A DNA stretch of 63,675 nucleotides, counting the filler, from Rhabdomonas costata (lineage: Eukaryota): NCBI GenBank assembly GCA_019059605.1. It is 43 parts of 43 records of this genome, joined end to end, with 100 filler letters (N's around TTAATTAATTAA, not from the genome) between each part and the next. Parts side by side here need not be neighbours in the genome. Positions count along the whole stretch, not along the records: positions 35,597 to 36,979 come from JAHMHO010017567.1; positions 37,080 to 38,461 come from JAHMHO010017568.1; positions 38,562 to 39,945 come from JAHMHO010017569.1; positions 40,046 to 41,425 come from JAHMHO010017570.1; positions 41,526 to 42,908 come from JAHMHO010017571.1; positions 43,009 to 44,391 come from JAHMHO010017572.1; positions 44,492 to 45,891 come from JAHMHO010017573.1; positions 45,992 to 47,374 come from JAHMHO010017574.1; 35 more parts are not named here. One strand, 5' to 3'. Positions 36,052-47,307 of the stretch are shown piece by piece (the stretch's first letter is position 1; each line of letters opens with the position of its first letter). The translations under genes were made by a program, and so were the position numbers. Under the pieces are notes generated by a model. The model saw only the letters and a list, made by a program, of their open reading frames with translations, had not been told where the DNA came from and made no database searches.

Positions 36052-36390
36052 CTCGGGCTTTGCGTGCGTCAGCGCAGGGTTTTGATGGGATTCATTCTCC
36101 GAGCCGGGGGTCGCCCTGTCAAGCCTTTGGAGAATCCTGGGATCATTGGAGCGGGCCGCAGCCCTCTTCCAATATCCCTCCGCGAGCTCCTTCAGCCCCT
36201 GGCTAGCAAGCAGGTCTCCAATCTGAAGGCATGCCTCGGGGCAGCCATCCCCAGCTGCGGCAGAGAGCAGCTGCCCGGCCCGCTCTACCTGCCCTCCTTC
36301 GTCATTACCTTCAACACCCTCTCGAAGAAGCTGTAGTGCCAGAAGAGTTCGAGGGTCGACTGCGCCTGCATCGGAGGTCATCATATCCAT
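36052..36390 (-). CDS. Sel1/TPR-like repeat protein, first exon
   Basis: AGQLLSAAAGDGCPEACLQIGDLL..LAEGYWKRAAA matches the Sel1 pattern. Confidence 0.55.
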
Positions 36391-37703
36391 GGCACAGCCC
36401 CAAAGTTTGTAAAGTACAAATAACTTAAGAAGAATGGAGGGAAAGCAAATAGATGCAAACCTCATCTAAATCAAAGTAGGGGATCGGTCACACCGAAAGC
36501 CAATCTTTGCACCGCTAACATTGTGGAACACAGTAAAGACGGCTCGGTCGTAAAGGGTAAGCCGACACAGTAAAGAATACCCAACCAGAGCGCATCGCAT
36601 ACAAAAGTTTCTGGATTAATCCCCATACTGTGCATGAATTCAAAATTCATTGAAACTCTATTCTAAAAATATTGCATCCTTTTATTCGAACCTTAACGGA
36701 AATGCTTGCAGCGTGACTGCAATCGCAACTCTTGTGAATCATGTCCTTGAATCCCGTGACCAAAAACTTTTCGTCCAATGATATCTCATCGACTAAGCAG
36801 GTCTGTGGATAAGCTTAAAAGTGTGCCCACAGCGGTATTCGCCCTGCAAAATTGAAGCCGTGATACCTGAGACACAATACATATCAATATGCAACAACAC
36901 ACAGATTGATGATACCAGAGAAAAAAGAGAAGAAATTCAGCTGACAGTTGACGAAAAATCGACTCACCCCCACAACCCCNNNNNNNNNNNNNNNNNNNNN
37001 NNNNNNNNNNNNNNNNNNNNNNNTTAATTAATTAANNNNNNNNNNNNNNNNNNNNNNNNNNNNNNNNNNNNNNNNNNNNGTTGTGGTGGAAAAAGGACTG
37101 TCTCAGGTGCACTTGCATACTTGTGTATCGATCTCGCAGGCCATTGCCGCTGCCCCGGCGGTTCATCGCGGCCCTCTTCTGCTCCTTCCGAAGCACTGCT
37201 GAGGTCGCGGCAATGGCCTGCGAGATCGATACACAAGTATGCAAGTGCACCTGAGACAGTCCTTTTTCCACCTTGACCGAAACACCACAGACAACAGAAT
37301 AGGAAAAATGGATGGACCTGCAAACGGAGATGGAATGATGACCACTGTGAGCAAATACCCATGTAACACTATTCCCTGTTCTCTGTCCTTGCACAGCCCT
37401 TTATTTTCATTCCCTTCTTTTTGTGGCGCGCAGCTCTCCGCATCTGCACTCTCCCCGGGCTCAAATCATGGCACCGTTTCGGAGCCGTTGGCACTGCTGC
37501 CCAATTGTCAAGTGTCGTCTCTCAGAAGGTCGCATTGGGCATTGAGCTATCTGGGGGTTCGTGAGAAAAAACAGACTGGAAAATTTCCCTTGCCCTTCCT
37601 CTTCCCTCCGCCTCCGTTCGTTCGTAGCCCAAGAAACAGACACACACTCCAGAATACGCGTAAGAAACACAGGAAGACACAAACGCAACATCACCACTAC
37701 CAA

Positions 37704-37934
37704 CCATGCACTGAACCCCTCCATCCAGAATGCCTCCAACAATGCCACCAACACGAGAGCCAGGAATACGCATCATGCCATCACTACCAACGCTAACACC
37801 ACCATCCACCATAGCACCATGAGAGTCAAGCACACCAGGAGCACCAACAACAGGAAGGCCAAGCACCACTGCATCAACACCACCAGGAACCACAAGACCA
37901 CCAGGAATGCCATCAACGCCAACACCCTCCGACG
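37704..37934 (-). CDS. Mitochondrial nad3-like fragment (TGA=Trp)
   Basis: Reading TGA 37775-37773 as Trp fuses two ORF-track ORFs into one hydrophobic frame ending FLALVLVALLEAFWMEGFSAW (compare the Nad3 C-terminal WxxGxxxW). The DLE motif is not conserved (LMQ). Confidence 0.4.
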
Positions 37935-38561
37935 ACAAGCACAACAACAGCATACCAGCAGAACCAAACACACTACAACACAAGAAAAGCCTTGGACACC
38001 AACAGCAGAAGGATAAACGACACCACGCATAGGATAAGAGTGAGGTGGGTAAGAAGAGACAGAGACAGAACCAGACACAGAGCCAGAGCCAGAGCCAGAA
38101 CCTGAGACGGACACAGCAGCAAGCAACAGCGACACCAACACCACCAGCAACGTCAACACCAACAGCCCCTCCATTCCACAGCACACCTCCAGCACAGACA
38201 CCGCCCCGACCACAGCCAACACAACCAACCATGCCAACAACCCCAACGTGAGACAGAACAACGTGAGACAGAACAACGTGAGACCGACCAACACTACCAA
38301 CACTACAGCCGACACAACCAACGCTACAGCACCAGCACCCAACACCACACCTCCAACAACAACAACAACAACAACCCCTACTCCTACACCTACAGCATAC
38401 AGCATACCCTACATAAGAATACAAGAAGAACATACGCGCGAGAACCGAAGCCCACAAAAACNNNNNNNNNNNNNNNNNNNNNNNNNNNNNNNNNNNNNNN
38501 NNNNNTTAATTAATTAANNNNNNNNNNNNNNNNNNNNNNNNNNNNNNNNNNNNNNNNNNNN

Positions 38562-38650
38562 GCACTGACAACCACCAACATGACATCCAACCACACCACA
38601 AGGCCCTCAACCACCACCAGCAACCACCACCACATGCAACCACTAACAGA
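38562..38650 (-). CDS. Possible mitochondrial nad4L-like fragment
   Basis: WWLLVVVEGLVVWLDVMLVVVS is in register with Nad4L IELMLLAVNLNFLVFS. Weak, low-complexity match. Confidence 0.22.
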
Positions 38651-38794
38651 GCGTAAGAGACAGGAACACACATAGCGCCACAACCAACATCCCAACCACC
38701 ACCACCACAGAAGGCCTTGAAACAGAGACGCTAACACCAACATACCCTACACTAAGACAGCGTAACACACACGATACCACTACAGAAGGAACAG

Positions 38795-38920
38795 AGAGAG
38801 CATGACATGAAGATAGGGAGCATGATTGCAGAAACAGTGAGCATGGCATAAGGAACAGGGAGCATGGTTAGAAACAGAGAGAGCATGGTTACGGAGACAG
38901 GGAGCATGGTTACAGAGACA
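38795..38920. repeat. ~21-bp tandem repeat with GAGCATGGTT core
   Basis: Six units with cores at about 38798, 38818, 38839, 38860, 38881 and 38902. Same core as the AACCATGCTC array at 51496-51599. Confidence 0.85.
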
Positions 38921-39457
38921 GCAACACCACCACAGAAGGCATGAACCATGAGACCATCACCACATCCACAGCAACACACACAGAGTCAATAGCACCAACA
39001 CCACCCATGATACCGGACACAGAAGCACCAACAACATCCACACCACCCTTCGACCCCAACATCAGCCCCAACAACACCACACGTCAACCTATACGCGAAA
39101 CCACCCTACCACCCAAGAAGCACGAACAGCATGAGACAGGAAGACACACAACTACGCTAGAAGCAGAGACGCGAACACCACCAGGCCCCGTAACAGCACC
39201 AACATCCACAGGCACAACAACAACAGTGAGCATGGTTAGAGACAGCCACAGCCACAGCACCAACACCTTACGCAACACCTTACCCTACACCTACCCCAAC
39301 AGCATAACCCTACACCAAAACCCTACACCTACAGCATAACCTACACCTATAGCATAACACACACCCTACATAATATATAATAGAAGACACGCACGCGTAA
39401 GGAAACCCAAGGCACACACAACGAACAGAACCAGAGAGCATGGTTGACACACGGCAT

Positions 39458-39618
39458 GGTTGACTGACACAGAGAGCATGGTTGCTACAGACCTCTGAAA
39501 CGGACACAACGACACACACACCCACACCCCCACGCACACCCACAGATACAGAGAGCAAGGTTGACTGACACAGAGAGCATGGTTGCTACAGACCTCTGAA
39601 ACGGACACAACGACACAC
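39458..39618. repeat. ~60-bp direct duplication containing GAGCATGGTT
   Basis: ggttgactgacacagagagcatggttgctacagacctctgaaacggacacaacgacacac occurs at 39458 and 39559. Confidence 0.9.
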
Positions 39619-39689
39619 TTCGACACCAACACACCCTACGACACACTGCGAATGCCGAATACCAACCCCATTGACGACAGGCACCGCTA

Positions 39690-39945
39690 CCTGAAGTCGA
39701 ACCCCGAATGCCGAACCCAGAGACGCGAACTCAGAAGACAGATCCTCAAGCCCAGTGTAAAACCCACGAATACCGGATGCATAACCCCAAGAGACACAAA
39801 GACCGAAGGCAAGAACGCAAAGACACGAACCCCAAAGACCCGAGAGACTAAAAGACAGAAGCACAAACCCAGCACAAGCACTGACACCACCAAAGCACAC
39901 CAAGCCCATACAACCACCAGCCCAACCACAACAACCACCCACCCC
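39690..39945 (-). CDS. Mitochondrial atp6-like fragment
   Basis: CMGLVCFGGVSACAGFVLLSFSLSGLWG...LEDLSSEFASLGSAFGVRL resembles Atp6 NLxGLxPY..SHF..LS..W.G...ExxSxxFRxLSLGxRL. Alignment by eye. Confidence 0.35.
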
Positions 39946-40218
39946 NNNNNNNNNNNNNNNNNNNNNNNNNNNNNNNNNNNNNNNNNNNNTTAATTAATTA
40001 ANNNNNNNNNNNNNNNNNNNNNNNNNNNNNNNNNNNNNNNNNNNNGGGGGGGTGGTTGTCACCAACAAAAGGGAAAAAACAAACAGACAAGGTTGCACTT
40101 CATTCGCCAAATAAAAGAAAAAAGTGCCTGGCCCAAACATTTTTTGAAAACTCCATTCGAAAAAGAGCAAACTCTCTAGCTTTTGTGAGCAACCACTTCT
40201 CATTGAAAACACGCACAC

Positions 40219-40839
40219 CCATCTCCACAGCGGTGGCGATTGCCATGATGACCCCGGCGTGAGTGTTCGCAATGTAGGCGATGCCCAAGAGAAGCCCGTC
40301 CATCAGCCCGTTGATGAACACCGAGGTAATCTGAGGGTATAAACCGGAGAGCGCACGATAAAGTTTCCAACGCCATCCAGTTCCGAGCTCGTCGTCGCGG
40401 ACCTCATGGAAGCGATAAAACGTGCCGAACTGCTCAAGAAGCACGGAACCAAATCCTCAGTTCCTCGAAGTTAAACGACAGATCCGGCACACACCACGAC
40501 GAAGTAAAAGTACTGCAAAGGGAAAGTCACCATCCGGACAGACGCTGGGAAGGGGGGAGGGGGAGACACACAGCGAGCCGGAAGCAAGAAGGCAGAGAGA
40601 GAGAGAGAGAGCGGGATCGAGCTAGGATGGATTCACTTCACCATGCCCCAGGGCATGTCGCTCCACGACTTCTGTTGGAAGTAGGGCAGACCCAACTCCA
40701 GGTCCACAGCGCAACTGGCGGACTGCTTCAGCAGCTTCGCCTGCCCGACCATGCTGGACTTGCGGGTGAGCAGCGAGTCCTCCATGGAGTGGTCGGGAGA
40801 CATGGCGATGGTCTCTACCAAGTCGCCCACGCTTTCCAG
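40219..40839 (-). CDS. ZIP-family metal transporter-like membrane protein, partial
   Basis: Exon 40839-40642 (loop ending PWGM) and exon 40330-40219 (ITSVFINGLMDGLLLGIAY..AGVIMAIATAVEMG) resemble ZIP TM4/TM5. Confidence 0.6.
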
Positions 40840-41967
40840 CTGCAGCCAAAGAGTTTAAAAATAGGTTCACCACGATGATTGATGTTGCGTTCAAAGTCTG
40901 GCACAAAAAATCCATTCTAAACCGCTTGAAAAAAACTGACCAATTCAAAGTCTCACATTTCATTCACACAATTCATTCTATGACCATATTATAACTGACT
41001 ATCCTCAAAAGTTCTTGAAAACAATCAACCTCCACTGGCAATGACCCCAAGGTCATGCTTCCCCCATTGCCTTTGCATATTTTTAGTTTATGCCCATTCT
41101 GGGCATGAGAATGTAAAGCGATTCCCGCTCACCCCGCAGATAAAGTGGTGCACCGCCAGCCGACAGACCTACCCACCCAAGGTTGAGTGGCCAAGGTCAA
41201 GGGTCACTAAAATGAGCAGTTCTGTTAATTCGTTCGTGCTTTGTTAGTCTCAAGGAGCGCGGGTAGCGCGCCTGCCTGGATCCACGTTGACGAAAAGACC
41301 CCATCACACAAGCTGAGTTAACCAGGAGTGTCAAGACATGAGCGAAGATAATATAACCCCCCAAACACACACACACCTGACTTTTTTCTGGGGAAAACAC
41401 GCGTTTCTCTTTCCCCCTGAGTCCCNNNNNNNNNNNNNNNNNNNNNNNNNNNNNNNNNNNNNNNNNNNNTTAATTAATTAANNNNNNNNNNNNNNNNNNN
41501 NNNNNNNNNNNNNNNNNNNNNNNNNTTTTTGTTTGTGTGCAATCGAGTCTCCTTGCTCCTTGCGATTTGTGTCGAGTGGGGCAGCATCCGCTGCAAACCG
41601 TGAAGCCTCGTGTTGCGCCATTGATGCCGCGGATTTTTGCCATGTGAAGGAGAGGATGACATGCACATCCTGTCGGAGCTTCTTGGATGCCGATAGTGGC
41701 GGCGGAACAACGGGCTCTCCCCGCCGCCCTGGGGTAGAGGTAAGAGACTTGAAAGCCATCAAGGCGTTTTGTGTCAGGCATTGAAACGTCGATTCCTGAG
41801 GTTATAACCCGCAGCTGCACGACCCTTGTCTCCATGGTTTTGTTTAGAAATTACAAAAACCGAATTGCAAGCCAAGATGTGGCTGCTGTATTTCTTCCTG
41901 GACGGCCGGTCATCGGAGCGCGCCTCGGGTTCACGATACGTTGCCATTTTTATGTGGTACGGTACAG

Positions 41968-42908
41968 GAAGCACGGATTGAAGCCTCGCAGCGGCTTCCT
42001 GTGCCGATTCAGCGGCTGGCGCTGCGGGAGGTCGGCAAGGCCCCATCGGACCTGCGCCCCCCTCGGTCCCGAACCCCTCGGTCGTGTCTCCCAGAGGGAG
42101 GCTTCTCGCAGACCCCTCGGCTGTGCACGGTGGCCTGCTTTGACCTGGTCGGGTTTGAGTCCCTGGCGGCGACCAAGGACGTGGCTTCGGTATTACGCAC
42201 CCCTCCCTCCACACCCGTCCTCCTGGGATACTGAGGATCCTCCTTTCCGCTAGTAACGGCAAGGCACGGCACAATCACAGTGAACGGCGTCCAGATAACT
42301 CTGGAGGACGTTTTTATTTTTGGGGTGGGACACACACCACTGGAAAGCTTTTGCAGCGGACTGTTCTAAAACATTATCTCACATTGGAAGGGTTAGGGCT
42401 GCTCTCCGTCCGCGGAAAAGTTTGCGGGAGAAGGAAAAGTAGGCGAGATGTGAGGTAGGGTTAGGAAGGAGAGCTGATGAGGGAGTAGGAAAGGGGAAAA
42501 CACCGACGGCTGTGTGCAGCAGTGTGGAGACCCCTGTAACGTTATGAACAGACCGGAGAGGATGAGTTTATTATTACCTCTACGACCTACTCTTGTTCAA
42601 GACAGACGAGCTTTCCATCCTGAACTTTATTTGGACGTGTACGAAGGCTACCATAGCGGCAGGCACTGTTGGAAAGCAACTTGTGTGTGCTCGGATGTTG
42701 TTTTTCGTATGCATACAGCTGGAGCAAGTGTACAGCCGGTACATCGAAGTGGTGCACGAGCAGGTCACCGCTCACCGAGGGCTGGTGGACAACGTGCTTG
42801 GGGATCGGGTGCTGGCGCTGTTCAACGTGCCCCGGCGGTGCTCCCAGGCTGAGTACCACGCTGTGGTGTGTGCTTTGGAGGTTGTGGCGCAGTGGAGCAC
42901 ACCTAACC
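41968..42908 (+). CDS. Class III nucleotide cyclase domain protein, partial
   Basis: Exon 41968-42189 (CTVACFDLVGFESL) and exon 42719 to the contig end (YSRYIEVVHEQVTAHRGLVDNVLGDRVLALFN..HAVVCALE). Both metal-binding Asp residues are present. Phase-0 GT-AG intron. Confidence 0.9.
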
Positions 42909-43104
42909 NNNNNNNNNNNNNNNNNNNNNNNNNNNNNNNNNNNNNNNNNNNNTTAATTAATTAANNNNNNNNNNNNNNNNNNNNNNNNNNNNNNNNNNNN
43001 NNNNNNNNTTTTTGGGTCCGGGTGTGTGTGGGGGGGGGGGGGTTGTAATGTCCCCCCTGCACCTCTGTCAGCTACACCATTAAACGCGAGGGCAGGGCAA
43101 CCAC

Positions 43105-43911
43105 CTGGAAACCCGGCGACCGCCGGAACGGACACTCCCGATACGAGAACGGTGTAAACACCGACCACGGGATGCTCCACGCGAACCTGAGTGCCCCCCT
43201 CCCCCCACTTCCCCAGAAAAAAAGGACAGATCTGTGAAGTGGAGCACGGGAAATGAGGAGTTGGAAAGAGAGTGTTGCCGAGACCGGGAGGAAAGGAAGC
43301 GGAGTTGCGAATGTTCACGTGAAGAGAGCGGGTAAAAGGAACGAAGGAAGGAAGAAAGGAAGGAAGGAGAGCAAGGGAGAAAGGGAGGCAGGGAGGGGGG
43401 CATTGCGAGCCGTCAGCACAAGTGGAGAGATCAGGAAAGTGACTATGAGTCAAACCTTCTCCACATTGTTAAGCCGGTCTCGTTGAGGTGCAGCGAGGGC
43501 TGAGGCAGCCACATTGCCAAAGTACACATTACCGGAGGGGTCCACAACCTGCGCGCACGTGTGTGTGGGGGGGACCCTGAGATAATTTTCGAACGAGGGA
43601 CGGACATACCCATAACAATGTCAAAGGATGCTGAGCGAATTTGAGAAGGAGGTTGCTGTAAATCCGCATTAAATTCGCGAAATTTTCTTGGTTTTTCCAG
43701 TTCAAAAACTAATATTGAAAAAGATTACGCAAAAGGGAGAGAAAGAGAAACAGGAGATTTGGAGTGCGTGTTGTATTTCTGGTACCCAGAGCCACGGTAA
43801 AAACAAATCGGACTGGGGTGGGAGCATGATACTCAATGACACTCACCTCGAGGTCAAGATCGTGGTACAACTGCCAATGAAGCAAAGGCGACCCAGGAGG
43901 ATCCATCCATG
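43105..43911 (-). CDS. Subtilisin-like (KP-43/TagC-type) peptidase, C-terminal domain
   Basis: Exons 43911-43847 (WMDPPGSP..LYHDLDLE), 43548-43456 (VVDPSGNVYFGN..DRLNNVEK) and 43186-~43105 (VRVEHPVVGVYTVLVSGVSVP). Phases fit. Confidence 0.88.
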
Positions 43912-45226
43912 CTAAGGTCACCTGTAGTCACCCGACCAACCATAAATGATACACAGGTATTGATCTTTCGAAGACGAACTCATCCCTTAACTGGTCAAAA
44001 AAATCGCGGCCCCGTGAAATTAAAAACAGAGTCGCAGGTCAGGGCATGAGCGGTGATGCCTGCAGGGGGGAGTTATGTCAGCAACTATCACTGCTGCAAT
44101 ACAAGTGATAGAGACCGGAGTGGGATATAAAATACATCCCATTCCCATCGCAGACCTTCATATCATCATCGTCATGTTTCGGAGAAATAGTTACCCCCAA
44201 AGAATCCGACCAAAAGCTTCAGCGTTCACACGCTCGCACACAAGAACCTTGAAAGGGCGACTTGTGTTCAGCACGGAGACGCAGAACGACTGCGCCTGTG
44301 CAAGCATAACGAAACAAAGGAAGCAGGCGGAGCCCCCGAGGTGGCGATGCAACAACAGATAGAACAAAACGCAACAAAAAACAAAACAAAANNNNNNNNN
44401 NNNNNNNNNNNNNNNNNNNNNNNNNNNNNNNNNNNTTAATTAATTAANNNNNNNNNNNNNNNNNNNNNNNNNNNNNNNNNNNNNNNNNNNNGGTGTGTGC
44501 GGTACACAGAGAGTGGGTGAGAGAAGGCTGGTGAGACACCCCGCCACACACACATCCAGTTATGTCATGCCTCCGCCCAGCACGGCCGGCACGTCATCCC
44601 CCTGCACAGTACGCTCAAAGCCAGCCAACACCCTTTTAAAGGGGGACTCCATCAGCTGGCCATATCTGGTCGAGCTTCAGCAGCCTTACGCCCCAACTTG
44701 CAATTGTGCAAGTGAGTTTGTGGTGGTCTGGGTCACGTAGGGGAATGTAGGGGAATCGTCGTATTTTGCAAGCCAAAATTCCGACAGGTATCCACGCCAG
44801 GTATGTGTGTGTGGGGGGGGGCCTCCCTCCCCCCCTCTCTGTGGCACTCATAAAACGTTTAGCAGTGCTAAACGGAGCATCGCCCACCCCATGAAGCGTC
44901 CCAACCCAGCCGCCCGCTCCGGCCGCACCGCGGGCTGACCCTCCGCAGCGCTGGCCTTTGCACGTAAACTAATCAAAATCCCTTTTGCATTTCCATATCC
45001 TGGGAACCGCTCATCGCCCTTGCCTCCTGATCCGCGGTGGTTTTTTTCGCCCAGTTTCGTTCGCAACTACACCAACAAGAGGACTTCCTCGACGTCGAAA
45101 ATGAAATGTCGAAACCATATGGAATGACGTATAAACCAAGAATTACCTGAACCTGACTTTACGATCCAATGCACTTTAGTGGGCGATAGTAAAGACAGTA
45201 AGGGGCGGATATGGGAGTCATGCGAC

Positions 45227-45438
45227 CTCACAGGTGCACAGTCCAGTGCCGTTGGGTCCGTCGGAGCAGGTGCCGTGGTTGTAGCACCGCGCGGCGACGG
45301 TGCCTGGACATTCCAGCAGGCAAGACGGGCCGTACAGCCCGGCCTGGCAGGTGGCACACGCCGGGCCCGCCCAGTAACCCACCGTGGGGCCACACACACA
45401 GCTGCACTCCCCTGTCAGCTCGTTGCACGACCCATGAC
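45227..45438 (-). CDS. Laminin/EGF-like repeat surface protein exon
   Basis: GHGSCNELTGECSC..GYWAGPACATCQAGLYGPSCLLECP..CYNHGTCSDGPNGTGLCTC. Confidence 0.9.
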
Positions 45439-45791
45439 CTGTGCAAGAAGCAGCATAGGAGAGACGTGGGGGTCGGCTCGAATCAATTCGGTAAAAGGGG
45501 CCACGACGCGGAAAAGATCTTTCTTCCGCCTCAACGTCATATCGAAAACCGGAAACTAAACCCCACACCCACCCAGAAGCTTACCTTCAATTTCTAAAAG
45601 TACATGCAAATGCTTTCATGTCTACCGTTCGGCATTGCAGACGAGCTCTTCGGGCATTAGGGGACGCGCGAGCAAGTTGCCTTGCTGCAGTTATGTGAGG
45701 GAAGGGATTTTGCCCTCAAGCTACGGTCTTGAGTGTGGTGCTCCAGCGGTGTATGCGTGAAGGGTGTGGCGGTGTTTAACACCAAAAGCCA

Positions 45792-45837
<46 letters not shown>

Positions 45838-46298
45838 CTTTTTTTGCAAAGAAAACCTTACAAAAAGAAGTGCAACGTTCGATTCAACAACNNNNNNNNN
45901 NNNNNNNNNNNNNNNNNNNNNNNNNNNNNNNNNNNTTAATTAATTAANNNNNNNNNNNNNNNNNNNNNNNNNNNNNNNNNNNNNNNNNNNNTATTTTGCG
46001 GGCGCTGGGTTGGCTGGGTGTGGTGATCTGTGATCGAGGCACGCTATTCTACTGCTTTTGCAAAGTGCTTTTCCATTGGGCTGGTCTGGTCACCCCTTTG
46101 CCATGGCTGTTTCCTCATGCCCCCTTTTAGAATGCTTTGATGATAATGAGCTTTTCCAGATGTTGCGACCTCTTCAAGCTCTTCAGTGTCCTGCAATGAT
46201 GTGTGACCCGCAGCTCAAGAAGCTCCCACCCCACCGTAATTGCTATGAAGTGATGTTGGTGATGTCCGCTTGTCTCTCACAATCGCTGTTTCTCTCAG

Positions 46299-47307
46299 CC
46301 TCCGCGCCCTTGAGGGCTTGCTCCCAGGCCAGCGGGAAACGATGCAGAGCCAGCGCAGCGCGATGGCCGCACAGCTTGCCCAGGCGCAGGAGGAGCTCCG
46401 CCGTGCCCAGGGCGAGCGGAACGAGCTGCAGCGCCAGCTTTCTCAGACCTCCGCGGAGCACGGCGTACTCGCCTCTACCGTTTCAACGTTCGAGGTGAGG
46501 CCAGCTTCGAGGCTCGCACAGAACCTCCTGGAATTGTACTAAACGGACTAAAGGGGAAAGCAGATGGCCGTGGGGACTGGAAGAGGGGGGGTTGGAATGG
46601 AGCGAATTGAGGAGTTGGTGGGTCAGAGAGTGCCCGGTGCCGAAATGCCCATGCCCTGGCCGGAGGGACGAGAGGATGGGAACTGTGTTGCGGAAATTTG
46701 CGTTTCCTCCCACTATCCCATCCTGCCATCGTTCCCGGTGCCGTGAGAATTCTGAGTACCGTGTCGCTGGTCAGCAAAGCATGCAGGGTATATGTCAACC
46801 ATGCCCAATTTAGGAAGTGGCCCATCCTGTTAACCCACAGCAGCAATAGCAATCCCCCCCACCATGATTTTTCGGTCAGTGGAACTCTTTGACCTCATCG
46901 ACTGAATGCACGGCTCCTCCCGTGGAGTTCCCTCGGTCCAACTGTAATTGGACGAGCGCACACGCCCACAATGAGAGCAGAGTTACCAGCTTCCCTTGTC
47001 CACACCCTCAGGCCGACGCCGGGACGCTGCGGGAGCAACTACAGCAGGGCCTGGCCCAGCAGGAGAGTCTGCGGAGCCAGCTCCGCTCTGCGCTCTCGCA
47101 GCGGGACGAGCTGCAGGCCACCCTGCAAACCCAGCACACCAGCCACGTGGCGGCTCTGAGGGCGGCCCGGGGGGAGGCGGAGCAGAGACTTCGAGCCGCA
47201 GAGGGGAAGCAGCAGCAAGCCACTCAGAGCCTTACAGAAGAGCTGGCCGAAGTCACCCTGGAGAAGCAGAAGCTGGCTGCAGAGCTGCTCGCGTCGGCGG
47301 CATCCCT
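46299..47307 (+). CDS. Coiled-coil protein, two exons
   Basis: Exons 46299-46494 and 47012-47307 are Q/E/L/A-rich with heptad character, joined in phase 0. Confidence 0.75.

Noticed and set aside
38915-39000. IDSVCV...WFMPSVVV as a Nad4 N-terminal piece
   Set aside because: The PSVVV part lies in a 16-bp repeat (caccaccacagaaggc, also at 38700), so the similarity is probably fortuitous.
39311-39323. GGGTTTTGGTGTA resembling the kinetoplast universal minicircle sequence GGGGTTGGTGTA
   Set aside because: Only 10/12 match, expected by chance in G+T-rich DNA, and not conserved in the other two block copies.
37561-39993. Thr/His/Pro-rich 'mucin-like' ORFs on the + strand and a 311-aa Gly/Val/Cys ORF on the - strand
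   Set aside because: By-products of the extreme C+A/G+T strand skew, which removes stop codons.
42390-42466. Isolated GGTTAGG(G) telomere-like words
   Set aside because: Single scattered units inside an intron, with no tandem array.
45794-45845. ~50-nt poly(T) run
   Set aside because: Could be a retroposed tail, but no element or target-site duplication is visible and the homopolymer length is unreliable.
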